From a plasmid: DNA of 64,000 nucleotides. The DNA lies in the sequence record NZ_CP110904.1; one strand, 5' to 3'. Position numbers and translations under genes: made by a program. Position 1 is the first letter of the stretch, and each line of letters starts with the position of its first letter. Positions 9,790 to 18,286 of this stretch are shown here, in pieces. The notes below the pieces were generated by a model that was not told the DNA's origin, made no database searches, and was given only the letters and a program-made list of their open reading frames with translations.

Positions 9790-10917
9790 ATGACTTTCAA
9801 TACTTCTAAACTTAATAAAGTTTCCGCTAAGCAAATCTGTGATAACTTTGTAAAAGCACATCCTGATTTGTTGGAAGGTGCTGTTATAACAAAAATCGAA
9901 ATCAGTGGTTGTCAGGGCTCTCGGCGTACCGATAAAATCGAACTGTCCTATGGCGGCGATGATATAACGGACCAGAAGAGCGTGTCTAAAAGTGAAGTTC
10001 GCTGGATAGACATAAAGGCACTGAGTTTCAAAAGCACTATCACTAGTCGAATTTCAACACTCTGTTCACGGTTGTGTATCCGCTATAGCAATATGTGGAT
10101 TTTGCCTGTCGAAAGAATGGAGGAGTTTCTGGAAGAGGCACAAGAAATTGAACGTGAGTTTCAAGCCGGTATCCAGAATGTGGTTGATAACTATGACACT
10201 CATATTCAGGCTGAGAAAGATCGCAGTCCGTTGATGTCAGATTTAATCGACCAGTTGAAATTAACGAAAGATGATTTTATTAAATCATTCCGGTTTAATC
10301 TGGCGCATTTCATTCCGTTTTCACCGATTAGTGTGGAGGGGGATGAAACACAGGACTTTTATCAGGAACAACTGATAATCGATTTGGCCGATGAAGCTAT
10401 GAAGGTTTATGCAAAAATCAGTAAAAATGATAATTTGCGTTCCAGCACGATTGACCGATTAAAACAGATGCAAGATAAAATCATTAGCTTTATGTTCATT
10501 CATAAAGAGGCGGTTGTTCTTGCAGAAGCTATCAAGCACGTCATGAATAATTTACCCAAAGGCGCCATTTCTTCTCCCCGTGATGTTGCGGTGTTAAAGC
10601 AATGGTTCTATTTCATGAGTGATGCGTCAATGCTGAAACGTATTATTTCTGGTGAGCAGAAAGTAACAGATTGGCTGGATTCCATTACCCGGTCATTCAA
10701 TATTGATTCACAGGATAATACGGCTAACTCTCAGAATGCTTTTGAGGATGATGTTTTTTCTTCAGCAAATGTGTTCAGAGAAGATCCGCTTGAAGAAGTT
10801 GAGAAAAACGCAGTAACTGCACCTTTGTCTGCTGTTGTCCCTGAAGAAGATGTTTCCCTTCAGGCCAGTGGTAGTAATAGTGCTTTTAACAGCGAACTCG
10901 AACTGAACGGCTGGTGA
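9790..10917 (+). CDS. Hypothetical protein (375 aa)
   Basis: SD GGAGAAAACC before the ATG. Structured repeat copy upstream (9728-9766). Confidence 0.55.
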   Translation: MTFNTSKLNKVSAKQICDNFVKAHPDLLEGAVITKIEISGCQGSRRTDKIELSYGGDDITDQKSVSKSEVRWIDIKALSFKSTITSRISTLCSRLCIRYSNMWILPVERMEEFLEEAQEIEREFQAGIQNVVDNYDTHIQAEKDRSPLMSDLIDQLKLTKDDFIKSFRFNLAHFIPFSPISVEGDETQDFYQEQLIIDLADEAMKVYAKISKNDNLRSSTIDRLKQMQDKIISFMFIHKEAVVLAEAIKHVMNNLPKGAISSPRDVAVLKQWFYFMSDASMLKRIISGEQKVTDWLDSITRSFNIDSQDNTANSQNAFEDDVFSSANVFREDPLEEVEKNAVTAPLSAVVPEEDVSLQASGSNSAFNSELELNGW

Positions 10918-10936
10918 TTTAGTCTTGTAAAAATAA

Positions 10937-10972
10937 CCCCAGATGGGTACTTCACCATCTGGGTGAGTACCC
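10937..10972 (+). repeat. Structured intergenic repeat, copy (CCCCAGATGGG-TACTTCACCATCTGGGTGA-GTACCC)
   Basis: Outer stem GGGTAC/GTACCC. Inner CCATCTGGG. Confidence 0.7.
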
Positions 10973-10994
10973 TTTATTAATTAAAGGTACTCAA

Positions 10995-13007
10995 ATGAAA
11001 TTTGATTTGAAATCTTCACCCCGCCATATTCAACGCCTGACGAATATAGCCAGCGTGATAAGCGGTATAAGTGGTCTTAATGTTGTAATAGACAATAAGG
11101 TACATACACCTTATTTCAACAGCGAAAAGAACGTTTGTGTATTACCTAATGGTGATTATAGCGATGAGAAATTCGTCAAGCTAATTGAAGGGTTTATATG
11201 TCATGAAGCTGGACACGGTCGCTATACAGAACATGAAGTATACCGTGAAGCTTTTGTTGGGGAACTGATTAATGCAGATGGCTTCATCAGTATAGATGAT
11301 AAGCTGAACGCTGAATTTCAAACCCTTAAACAAAAGAAAATCGCATATGCCCGGGCTTACCGTCTACATGGACTTATTAATCTCTTTGATGATGTCCAGA
11401 TGGAAGAGAAAACGGGTATTGACTATCAGGAGGCAAAAAAGCGCCTCGCGGTAAGTTATGCCTTGATGGTTGAAGCTGGGCGAATGACGGTTGATGTTTC
11501 TTCAAGCCCTCAAAACCCTGTTCAGTTTATTGAAATGTTCCTGCTTAATACATTGCGGGTTAACGTTCTCCAGCAAGAAGGGCATAAAGAAACGCTTGAT
11601 CCATTTTTCGATTATGCAAAGAAAATCCTTGAGCCTGTAATTTTAGAAGTTGATGAGATTATTCATCAGGCTCTAAGTTGCAAAAGTACGCAAAATTGCG
11701 ATTCTCTGGCGCGTAAAACCTTGGCTCTTTTAGAGCGTTTACGGGATGAAGCCAAAGAGAAACAGCAAGAAGAGGATCAGAATAAAGACCCGCAAAACGA
11801 CACAGACAATTCATCTGGCTCTGAGAATGAACCTGATTCCGAAACCAATGGTGACAACCAGGGTGAAGGGGATGGAGATTCCGAAGAGCAAGACGATGAT
11901 GCTGGTAATGGTAAAGCACCTATGGAAGATAATGAGCCGTCAGAGCAATCTAAAGGGGATGAAGAAAGTGCTGAGAGCGGTAACGGTGAACCTGATGGAG
12001 AGCCCGAAACCGATGAATCGGCTAACCCTGACTCGTATGATGCTGACGGAACTCCTTCCCAAATCGACAGTTCCAATGGAAATCCTTCCGATGGGGAAAG
12101 TAACTTTTCTCCTGAGCAGTGGAGTATCCTTGCCAAATTGCTGGATGATTTTCTTAACAGCGATGAGGAAAGTGAAGATTTTCATGAGGCTCTTGCAAAT
12201 GAAATCTCCGTAATTGCTGCCAGTGTGTCGGATGAGGTTAAAGCTGAATTTGGTGCAAATGAGTGGGATCTTCCAGATTTGCTTATTGATCTGAATGTCT
12301 ACAATGAAGCATTAAATATCAGTCAGACTCTTGGGGCAGACTTATCTGTTTTACAGCAGGTAAAAATGCGTGGTCAATTTAAAACCCGTGATAGAGGCTT
12401 GTCATTCGACATTAATCGATTGATCCAGTCTCCGATGGGTGTGAGGGATGTATTCCGGTCGCAAAGCGAATCTAAAAACCGGGGCCACGTCGGCTTGGTT
12501 ATTGTTCGTGATATTTCAGGTTCTATGATTCTGGATCACCGTTATATCCACGCAATTAAGACTGACCTTGCATTAACTTTGGCGATTGAAGCTAATTCAA
12601 AAATGCACGTTGCTAATGTGATTTATCCGTTTGTCGACAAAGACTTTGAATTTATCAAAACGTTTGATGAAAACGCGGAAGAGACGCTTTCAAAATTTTC
12701 ACTCGGCTGTAAAGGGAATAATACCCCAACGGGTTCCGCCTTAATGGCTGCTGTAGAATTGTTACTTGAAAGCCAGTTTGACAGGAAAATTGTTTTCCTT
12801 ATTACTGATGGTTATCCGACAGAGTCTGATTACACCATTAGTGATGTTCTTACGGTAGCTGAAAGTAACGGTATTGAAATCGCTGGTGTAGGCATTAAAA
12901 CTGATGAGTTAATTGGTTTTGATGAGGGCACCTTCGTAAATGTTGATGATATTTCTTTACTGCCGAATGTGGTCAGTAAATTAGTACATCAAATTCTATC
13001 TAATTAA
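10995..13007 (+). CDS. vWA-domain protein with a central acidic low-complexity linker (CobT-like partner of the AAA ATPase)
   Basis: C-terminal MIDAS-type motif VGLVIVRDISGSMILD plus FLITDGYPTE. Residues ~250-360 are a D/E/S/N/G-rich tract (EEDQNKDPQNDTDNSSGSENEPDSETNGDNQGEGDGDSEEQDDDAGNG...). Confidence 0.8.
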   Translation: MKFDLKSSPRHIQRLTNIASVISGISGLNVVIDNKVHTPYFNSEKNVCVLPNGDYSDEKFVKLIEGFICHEAGHGRYTEHEVYREAFVGELINADGFISIDDKLNAEFQTLKQKKIAYARAYRLHGLINLFDDVQMEEKTGIDYQEAKKRLAVSYALMVEAGRMTVDVSSSPQNPVQFIEMFLLNTLRVNVLQQEGHKETLDPFFDYAKKILEPVILEVDEIIHQALSCKSTQNCDSLARKTLALLERLRDEAKEKQQEEDQNKDPQNDTDNSSGSENEPDSETNGDNQGEGDGDSEEQDDDAGNGKAPMEDNEPSEQSKGDEESAESGNGEPDGEPETDESANPDSYDADGTPSQIDSSNGNPSDGESNFSPEQWSILAKLLDDFLNSDEESEDFHEALANEISVIAASVSDEVKAEFGANEWDLPDLLIDLNVYNEALNISQTLGADLSVLQQVKMRGQFKTRDRGLSFDINRLIQSPMGVRDVFRSQSESKNRGHVGLVIVRDISGSMILDHRYIHAIKTDLALTLAIEANSKMHVANVIYPFVDKDFEFIKTFDENAEETLSKFSLGCKGNNTPTGSALMAAVELLLESQFDRKIVFLITDGYPTESDYTISDVLTVAESNGIEIAGVGIKTDELIGFDEGTFVNVDDISLLPNVVSKLVHQILSN

Positions 13008-13013
13008 CTCTAC

Positions 13014-13057
13014 CCAATTGGGGCAAAATGACGCCCGGTTGGGTCGTTTTGCTCCCT
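13014..13057 (+). repeat. Structured intergenic repeat, copy (CCCAATTGGGG-CAAAATGACGCCCGGTTGGGTCGTTTTG-CTCCC)
   Basis: Outer stem GGGGCAAAA/TTTTGCTCCC. Inner CCCGGTTGGG. Confidence 0.65.
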
Positions 13058-13077
13058 GAAGGATTAAGGAGCAATAT

Positions 13078-13299
13078 ATGACTCAGATAAAGACTTACCG
13101 TGTCGAGTATGAAAAAGTCGGGATGATGCATCGTGTCCGTATTTTTGGTCGCATGGGTGAAGTTGTCAAAAGTGAATTGCCAAAAGAAGTAATTCTCCGG
13201 GATGTATCTATACCGGAGGGTAATGTAAAAATGGCAACATCAATGGTTGATGGTTTTATCCAGCGTCTTGAAAATAATGGCTTCAAGTCTGAAGCGTAA
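13078..13299 (+). CDS. Small hypothetical protein (73 aa)
   Basis: Strong SD AAGGAGCAATAT before the ATG. Confidence 0.5.
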   Translation: MTQIKTYRVEYEKVGMMHRVRIFGRMGEVVKSELPKEVILRDVSIPEGNVKMATSMVDGFIQRLENNGFKSEA

Positions 13300-13306
13300 T
13301 TGTTAA

Positions 13307-13391
13307 GGGCCATTATGGCCCTTATTCTTAGATTCTGCGTTGTGGGTTTCTCCCTGTTTTCTGCATCGCAGAGGGCATTGAGAAACCCACA
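13307..13391 (+). repeat. Variant structured element upstream of the primase-like gene
   Basis: GGGCCAT-T-ATGGCCC at 13307-13321, then a 12-bp stem TGTGGGTTTCTC (13341-52) / GAGAAACCCACA (13380-91) whose loop holds CTGCATCGCAG. Confidence 0.6.
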
Positions 13392-13413
13392 ATGCCAGAT
13401 AAGAGAGAACAAA

Positions 13414-14646
13414 ATGACTTATGCATCACCGGCTGTTAAGCGTACACCACATGAAGTATCTGAGCACTTTATTAAAATGGTTCACGCTCGTGTTGCGGAA
13501 GCCTCTGGCTGGCGCTATGTATTCGATAGAATACCGGCATTTAAAGATGCTTGTGATAAAGCACCTAGCCAGGTTCCTTGCCCCTTCACCGGGGACGGGA
13601 AATCAAAGTTCCGTTTCCGAAAAAAAGACCTCTATACCGGTTGTGCTATTCACAATGATTTCCCTGTGAATGCATTTTGTGACGGTATTGATGTGCTGGC
13701 AGAGTATTACAAGTTGAGCAAAACCCAGACTTGTAAGAAGATCTTGACTGATTTCTTTGGTATGGATCTGTACGCTCCGTTAACTGATGCGGATCTCGAA
13801 AGTGAACGGCGTTATAAATCAACAGTTCGTGCAACCGAAACGCTTGATAGCGATGAAGTTGAAAAACGGCTGCGTAAACTTGAAGTGTTATATCACTATA
13901 CAGGTGAAATCAAGCCAGGGAGTCCTGTGGGCATGTATCTCCGAAATCGTGGTCTTAAACGAATTCTGAGTAATCTGCCTAAGGATCTTGGTCTGAACAA
14001 CCGACTTTACTATATGGATAAGTCACTAGAGAAACCGTCAACTTACCCGGGAATGATCGCAATTTATCGTGATACACGGGGACGTCCTCTGACAATCCAT
14101 AGAACGTTCGTAGAGAAAAATGGTGATAAGGCTCGGGTAGAGAATCCGAAACTGATGATGAAACCGCCTGCCGATATGACCGGCGGCTCAATTCAGCTGT
14201 ACGACCCACACTACAACTCAGGTACCCGTACCTGGACGTTAGGTGTGGCTGAAGGCATAGAAAACGCGCTGTCAGTAACTGAAGCGACTTCAACACCGTG
14301 TTGGGCTGCGAGCTCTGCCTGGTGTCTTGAAAACGTTGAAGTGCCGGATAGTCTACTGCCTCCTCCGGATGTGAAAGAAATACAGTTTTACGTCTGGGCG
14401 GATAAGGATGTTGTGAATTCAAGAGGCGCTTGCCCGGGTATGGAGTCAGCAATACGACTTCAGGCCCGAATGGAAGAGTTTTTTGCAAAGCGATATCCCA
14501 CTTCAGAGCTGACAATTAAAGTCTTTGAACCAGATTTCGATATTCCTGAAGGGACGAAAGGAATCGACTGGAACGAAGTATTGAAATTAACAGGACCTGA
14601 TGGCTTCCCAGTAAAATGGGCTCCTGAATGTCTTGCTCAGCTTTAA
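13414..14646 (+). CDS. Primase-like protein: CHC2-type zinc finger plus Toprim domain (ORF-track start 13300 rejected)
   Basis: Zn-finger-like CPFTGDGKSKFRFRKKDLYTGCAIHN, then Toprim-like TWTLGVAEGIENAL ... FYVWADKD. SD AGAGAG precedes the ATG at 13414. The upstream 113 nt of the track ORF is a nested hairpin, not coding-like. Confidence 0.7.
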   Translation: MTYASPAVKRTPHEVSEHFIKMVHARVAEASGWRYVFDRIPAFKDACDKAPSQVPCPFTGDGKSKFRFRKKDLYTGCAIHNDFPVNAFCDGIDVLAEYYKLSKTQTCKKILTDFFGMDLYAPLTDADLESERRYKSTVRATETLDSDEVEKRLRKLEVLYHYTGEIKPGSPVGMYLRNRGLKRILSNLPKDLGLNNRLYYMDKSLEKPSTYPGMIAIYRDTRGRPLTIHRTFVEKNGDKARVENPKLMMKPPADMTGGSIQLYDPHYNSGTRTWTLGVAEGIENALSVTEATSTPCWAASSAWCLENVEVPDSLLPPPDVKEIQFYVWADKDVVNSRGACPGMESAIRLQARMEEFFAKRYPTSELTIKVFEPDFDIPEGTKGIDWNEVLKLTGPDGFPVKWAPECLAQL

Positions 14647-14650
14647 ACCC

Positions 14651-14700
14651 GATAACTCCCCCGCCTTTTTAGGTCGGGGGGGGTTATCTCTTTAGTGTTT
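14651..14700 (+). terminator. Rho-independent terminator after the primase-like gene
   Basis: GATAACTCCCCC...GGGGGGGTTATC forms a 12-bp stem with one mismatch, followed by TCTTTAGTGTTTAATTT. Confidence 0.5.
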
Positions 14701-14858
14701 AATTTCATAAATACTAAACAGATAATTAGATTTCCTTCGTGAAAATCACCTGTTATTCAGGTTTTTTTTACGGCTGAGATGCTTGCTCAGTTAAATAAAT
14801 GTGCGGTACATCTGGCTACGGTCGGTTGTATGACGTGGTATATCCATATAACTCAAAA

Positions 14859-14887
14859 CCCCTGACGGGAGTATTACCGTTAGGGTG
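14859..14887 (+). repeat. Partial structured repeat (CCCCTGACGGGAGTATTACCGTTAGGGTG) in the gap before the 14920 gene
   Basis: CCC-TGAC-GGG core plus a second CC..GGG element. Confidence 0.45.
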
Positions 14888-14919
14888 ATGCTCATCGTTT
14901 AATATAAGAGAGCATTGTT

Positions 14920-15444
14920 ATGAAAACTGAAAATCAAGACTTATTTAATAAGTTTGCTGCTGTGATTTCATCTCGTATCGTTGAGCAACCATCATCATGC
15001 TATTATCTTCATGATAGTGAAGTTGACCTTACGATTTTAAAACACAGCATAATAGATAAGGACAAAAACCTGTTGTATGTAATTCGCCCTTCAGGTACAT
15101 GTTTGTTACGCTGTGATAAATATTTTTTTCCGAATTACTATCTTACTTGTCGTGGAGATTATAAAGCATTCATTTATGTGCATTTTAATCTTGCTACAGG
15201 AAAAGCGGAAGATATCACGTGGCAACAAGCTTTAGAAGTTTTGTCCAAACCGGGAAGGCCCCCATTGAGAGGTTCTCTTGGAAGATTTGATTATTTAAAA
15301 CTTGTGGTTGATGATCTTCGTACCCGTGGTTATGCCGATTTTCTACCGGCATATAATCTGGATGGACTTCGTCATTTTGCAGTAAAGGATGAGCGACCAT
15401 CTCTTGTCAGTTATATCGACAATGTCATGGCTCTTTGCGCATAA
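14920..15444 (+). CDS. Hypothetical protein (174 aa)
   Basis: ORF after a ~220-bp gap that carries a partial structured repeat at 14859-14887. Confidence 0.5.
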   Translation: MKTENQDLFNKFAAVISSRIVEQPSSCYYLHDSEVDLTILKHSIIDKDKNLLYVIRPSGTCLLRCDKYFFPNYYLTCRGDYKAFIYVHFNLATGKAEDITWQQALEVLSKPGRPPLRGSLGRFDYLKLVVDDLRTRGYADFLPAYNLDGLRHFAVKDERPSLVSYIDNVMALCA

Positions 15445-15467
15445 ACATATCACATATTTTAACTACA

Positions 15468-15499
15468 TCCCTGATGGCCAATCCCATCGGGGGGCCCTC
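15468..15499 (+). repeat. Structured intergenic repeat, copy (CCCTGATGGCCAATCCCATCGGGGGGCCC)
   Basis: Tandem CCC-N4-GGG cores. Confidence 0.6.
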
Positions 15500-15520
15500 A
15501 GCATTTAACCTGGAGGCCTT

Positions 15521-16399
15521 ATGAAATTAGCTACAGATCTTGTCAATGCAGTTCTGATAAAGGATGGTGTTGTACCGGTTTCCATTACTGAGATGCCTGT
15601 ACAGTCTCTTGTAAATCCTTTGACACAAGTGCATCTCAGCCTGTACCTGAAAACAACGCATTTATCGCGGTTCGTCCCTGACTATGTCGAGACTCTGAAA
15701 GATTGTCCGGTATCGTATGATATCGGCCTTGAACTTCAGCAGTGTATCAGCAGTGCTGAATTGCTCTGCGAAGACATGGAATCGCTTGAATTTATCTCTG
15801 TATGGATAGAACTCTATACGTGTAATTCAAAGCAACAACGGTTTGAGGAAAGTAACTTTTCTCTTCGTTCCGAAGATATCGAGCTGGCTAAGATGCTAGC
15901 TTGTTCCCATGATCTCTTGATTAGCCAGGCTGCTTGTTTCTGGCTTTTATATTTTGATGACTTCATGAGATATGTGCGTAATAGACTCTGTACTTTACTC
16001 AGAGAAGTTTTAATACTGATTGCCGGACTGCGGAATGCATTCTTGCACCGTAATGAAGATCAGTTAATTAAGAGAGTGAAGTACGGGAATGAAATGCTGG
16101 AGGTAACTCTTAAAGCTATTGCACTATGTTCAATGGACCGGTATCTGAAATCATTTACCTCTTTACGAACAGAAGCGGCAGCTTCGGGTTTTATCAAATG
16201 TGTTAAGTCTTATATCAGTACAGGGTGGAGACATGGTTATATAGTCTGTCACTATTATCGAAATGGACAGTCTCTTGGTAAGTCATTACCACTTTTTATA
16301 AGTGAGACGTCTGAATACAGTATACAGAAACGAGTAAATCGTCTTATATCTTCCACGATATCAGGGCGAAATAAAGATTTAGGTCTTTCTGATTTCTGA
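15521..16399 (+). CDS. Hypothetical protein (292 aa); N-terminus resembles those of the next two genes
   Basis: N-terminus MKLATDLVNAVLIKDG compares with MKIIEKIINAFLMS (16467) and MKAIYKLIEAMLVK (17480). Confidence 0.55.
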   Translation: MKLATDLVNAVLIKDGVVPVSITEMPVQSLVNPLTQVHLSLYLKTTHLSRFVPDYVETLKDCPVSYDIGLELQQCISSAELLCEDMESLEFISVWIELYTCNSKQQRFEESNFSLRSEDIELAKMLACSHDLLISQAACFWLLYFDDFMRYVRNRLCTLLREVLILIAGLRNAFLHRNEDQLIKRVKYGNEMLEVTLKAIALCSMDRYLKSFTSLRTEAAASGFIKCVKSYISTGWRHGYIVCHYYRNGQSLGKSLPLFISETSEYSIQKRVNRLISSTISGRNKDLGLSDF

Positions 16400-16408
16400 T
16401 TAACACTA

Positions 16409-16445
16409 CCCATCTGGGGATTACTCCCCTGATGGGCGTAATCCC
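16409..16445 (+). repeat. Structured intergenic repeat, copy (CCCATCTGGGGATTAC-TCCCCTGATGGGC-GTAATCCC)
   Basis: Outer 8-bp stem GGGATTAC/GTAATCCC. Inner CCCCTGATGGG. Confidence 0.75.
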
Positions 16446-16466
16446 TTTTTATAACGAGAGGATTAC

Positions 16467-17402
16467 ATGAAAATTATCGAGAAAATCATTAATGCATTTC
16501 TGATGTCACGCAATCACGCTGTGAAGGTCAGCAATGTTATCTGCTTAACTGGTTGTGACGGTAAATTTACTGGTATACGTTGTGACGCCGATGTTTCATT
16601 TGATTTTCTTCATTCGTATGCTAACGCATACAGTTCAATATTTTTAGATATCCCGTTCCCTGGGTTCGAAGACCAGAACATTACGGATTGTGTTAAACGT
16701 CAGTTAGATGTAGTGAAAAATAAACAGAATCGGTCTTTCTTTATTGACCATATTAGATTCCCGGTTACTGTCAAGGAAGGATTCACTCTACAGCGCGGTG
16801 GTAGTTGCGACGTGACTGATAGTGAATATAACAAGCAACGATTGCTGCATTTAACTCGACATGGACGTTTTGGTGAAGACTATCTCACGTACAAAGAAGG
16901 ACTGAGTCCCTTCTTTTCATTTGTGAATGTAGAATTACATGAAACTATGAAGGAAGGTATTCGTTTAGCACTTGATGTTTTAAATAAGATAACAACTGAC
17001 CAACCTGACCGTCTTATAAAGGACTTTAAATATCATGACTGTTACAATAGTTATAATGTTCAAATATTTTGTAAGGGGTTGCCAGTTGATATTCTGGAAA
17101 CGATGATCGCACCTGACTTTTTGTCATCCGACATGTCTGGTAGTCGTCAGATCATCAAAAATGCACGCCGCTATCTTAAAGGCTTTGCCCACAGTAATCG
17201 TGTTTACATGAAGTACGGTTGGCGCTTAGCGGATATCGACACGTCTGATTATGCTAAAGTCATGTCAGATAAAGAAATGCATGCCAGAGATGATCTTAAA
17301 ATGTTTTGCGGTGTCTTTGTTAAAGAGTGCTTCGCATCCGGAAAAGATGAATACGAAGCCTACCTTCAAGAAAGACAACACGCTATTCGTTACGGGTATT
17401 AA
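16467..17402 (+). CDS. Hypothetical protein (311 aa), paralog-family member
   Basis: Same N-terminal pattern as above. Structured repeat copy at 16409-16445. Confidence 0.55.
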   Translation: MKIIEKIINAFLMSRNHAVKVSNVICLTGCDGKFTGIRCDADVSFDFLHSYANAYSSIFLDIPFPGFEDQNITDCVKRQLDVVKNKQNRSFFIDHIRFPVTVKEGFTLQRGGSCDVTDSEYNKQRLLHLTRHGRFGEDYLTYKEGLSPFFSFVNVELHETMKEGIRLALDVLNKITTDQPDRLIKDFKYHDCYNSYNVQIFCKGLPVDILETMIAPDFLSSDMSGSRQIIKNARRYLKGFAHSNRVYMKYGWRLADIDTSDYAKVMSDKEMHARDDLKMFCGVFVKECFASGKDEYEAYLQERQHAIRYGY

Positions 17403-17425
17403 AACTTATTTTCAACTTATCTAAT

Positions 17426-17459
17426 CCCTGAGGGAACTCTTCCCTTGGGGAGAATTCCC
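17426..17459 (+). repeat. Structured intergenic repeat, copy (CCCTGAGGGAA-CTCTTCCCTTGGGGAGA-ATTCCC)
   Basis: Outer stem GGGAA/TTCCC. Inner CCCTTGGGG. Confidence 0.7.
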
Positions 17460-17479
17460 TCTTAACCGAGGGCAATAAA

Positions 17480-18213
17480 ATGAAAGCTATTTATAAATTA
17501 ATTGAAGCGATGCTGGTGAAGATGGGTTTTGAAGGTGCTGCGATCCAAAGTGTCAATCTGGAAACCGGAGTCATTCAGTGTCAGCAGCTCACCTGCGTCT
17601 TGTTGATGTTGAGCCAGACTGGCTGAATGAAGGTGTGAACCGTGAAAAACTGGACTATGTCTATTATCGTTCCAGCAATGCAGACAAGGATTTAATCCTT
17701 GGTATGGTTGAAAACGGTCACAATTTCATCAGCCATCTTCATGGCCAGTTACGGTCACGCTTATCTCAGGTTCTTCCGCTTATTTTCGCAGTTACAGAAA
17801 AGGTTGCGGAAAGTTCAGTTCCACAAGTGTTAACCAGGTTCTTCAGTGTTGACCATCAAATCAATACTCAGATAGTAGTTGAACCGGTACCCGTTTCAGT
17901 TGCAGACCAGATAATTTCTGCCAACTGGGATGTGAGTAGTATTTCTGGGGCTGACAAGTTCCTGAACCATGTTAATCGTTACCTGTCGGGTAGGGTGATG
18001 AAGCGGCGCATTTACGCTGTTATTGAATCTTGCAACGATGGCCCTTTAACTCTCGACGCGAATCTAGGTTGCTTTACTTCACCTCTTCTCGTCACTGAGT
18101 ACAAAATGGTTCAATCGCATTCTTCATCGCTGTACAGAAAGGCTATAAATAACTCGCTTAAGCAAATCAATTCGTATGCTCCAGAGCATTCGGATGATCT
18201 GCTTTACATGTAA
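17480..18213 (+). pseudogene. Paralog-family gene with a -1 frameshift near nt 17596 (authentic pseudogene, sequencing indel or recoding)
   Basis: ATG 17480 follows repeat copy 17426-17459 and encodes MKAIYKLIEAMLVK... in frame 2, stopping at 17626. Frame 1 carries on from ~17596 as LRLVDVEPDWL to 18213. Both halves align with the 16467 protein (LTGCDGKFTGIRCDADVSFDFL vs LETGVIQCQQLTC / VDVEPDWL). Confidence 0.45.
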
Positions 18214-18224
18214 TTAATAAATAA

Positions 18225-18262
18225 CCCTAAGGGAAGCTCAATCCCTTTAGGGGATGCTTCCT
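18225..18262 (+). repeat. Structured intergenic repeat, copy (CCCTAAGGGAAGC-TCAATCCCTTTAGGGGAT-GCTTCC)
   Basis: Outer stem GGAAGC/GCTTCC. Inner CCCTTTAGGGG. Confidence 0.7.
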
Positions 18263-18286
18263 TTATTCTTTCAAGAGGAAGTAGAT

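Noticed and set aside
11659-12213. ORFs 11659-11919 -, 11746-12213 +, 11777-12136 - and 11940-12185 - inside the vWA gene
   Set aside because: They lie entirely within the acidic repeat linker of the vWA protein, are low-complexity (K/R-rich or S/P-rich translations of GA-rich DNA), and have no SD or independent context.
8358-13007. Calling the AAA/vWA pair cobS/cobT (aerobic cobaltochelatase)
   Set aside because: There is no cobN or other cob gene, and the pair is embedded among mobile-element genes next to helicase and primase. The similarity is to the MoxR/vWA fold class, not evidence of cobalamin synthesis.
13300-13413. 5' extension of the primase-like ORF (track start 13300)
   Set aside because: The extension is the nested hairpin element. 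The SD-ATG at 13414 gives a sensible N-terminus (MTYASPAVKRTPHEV…).
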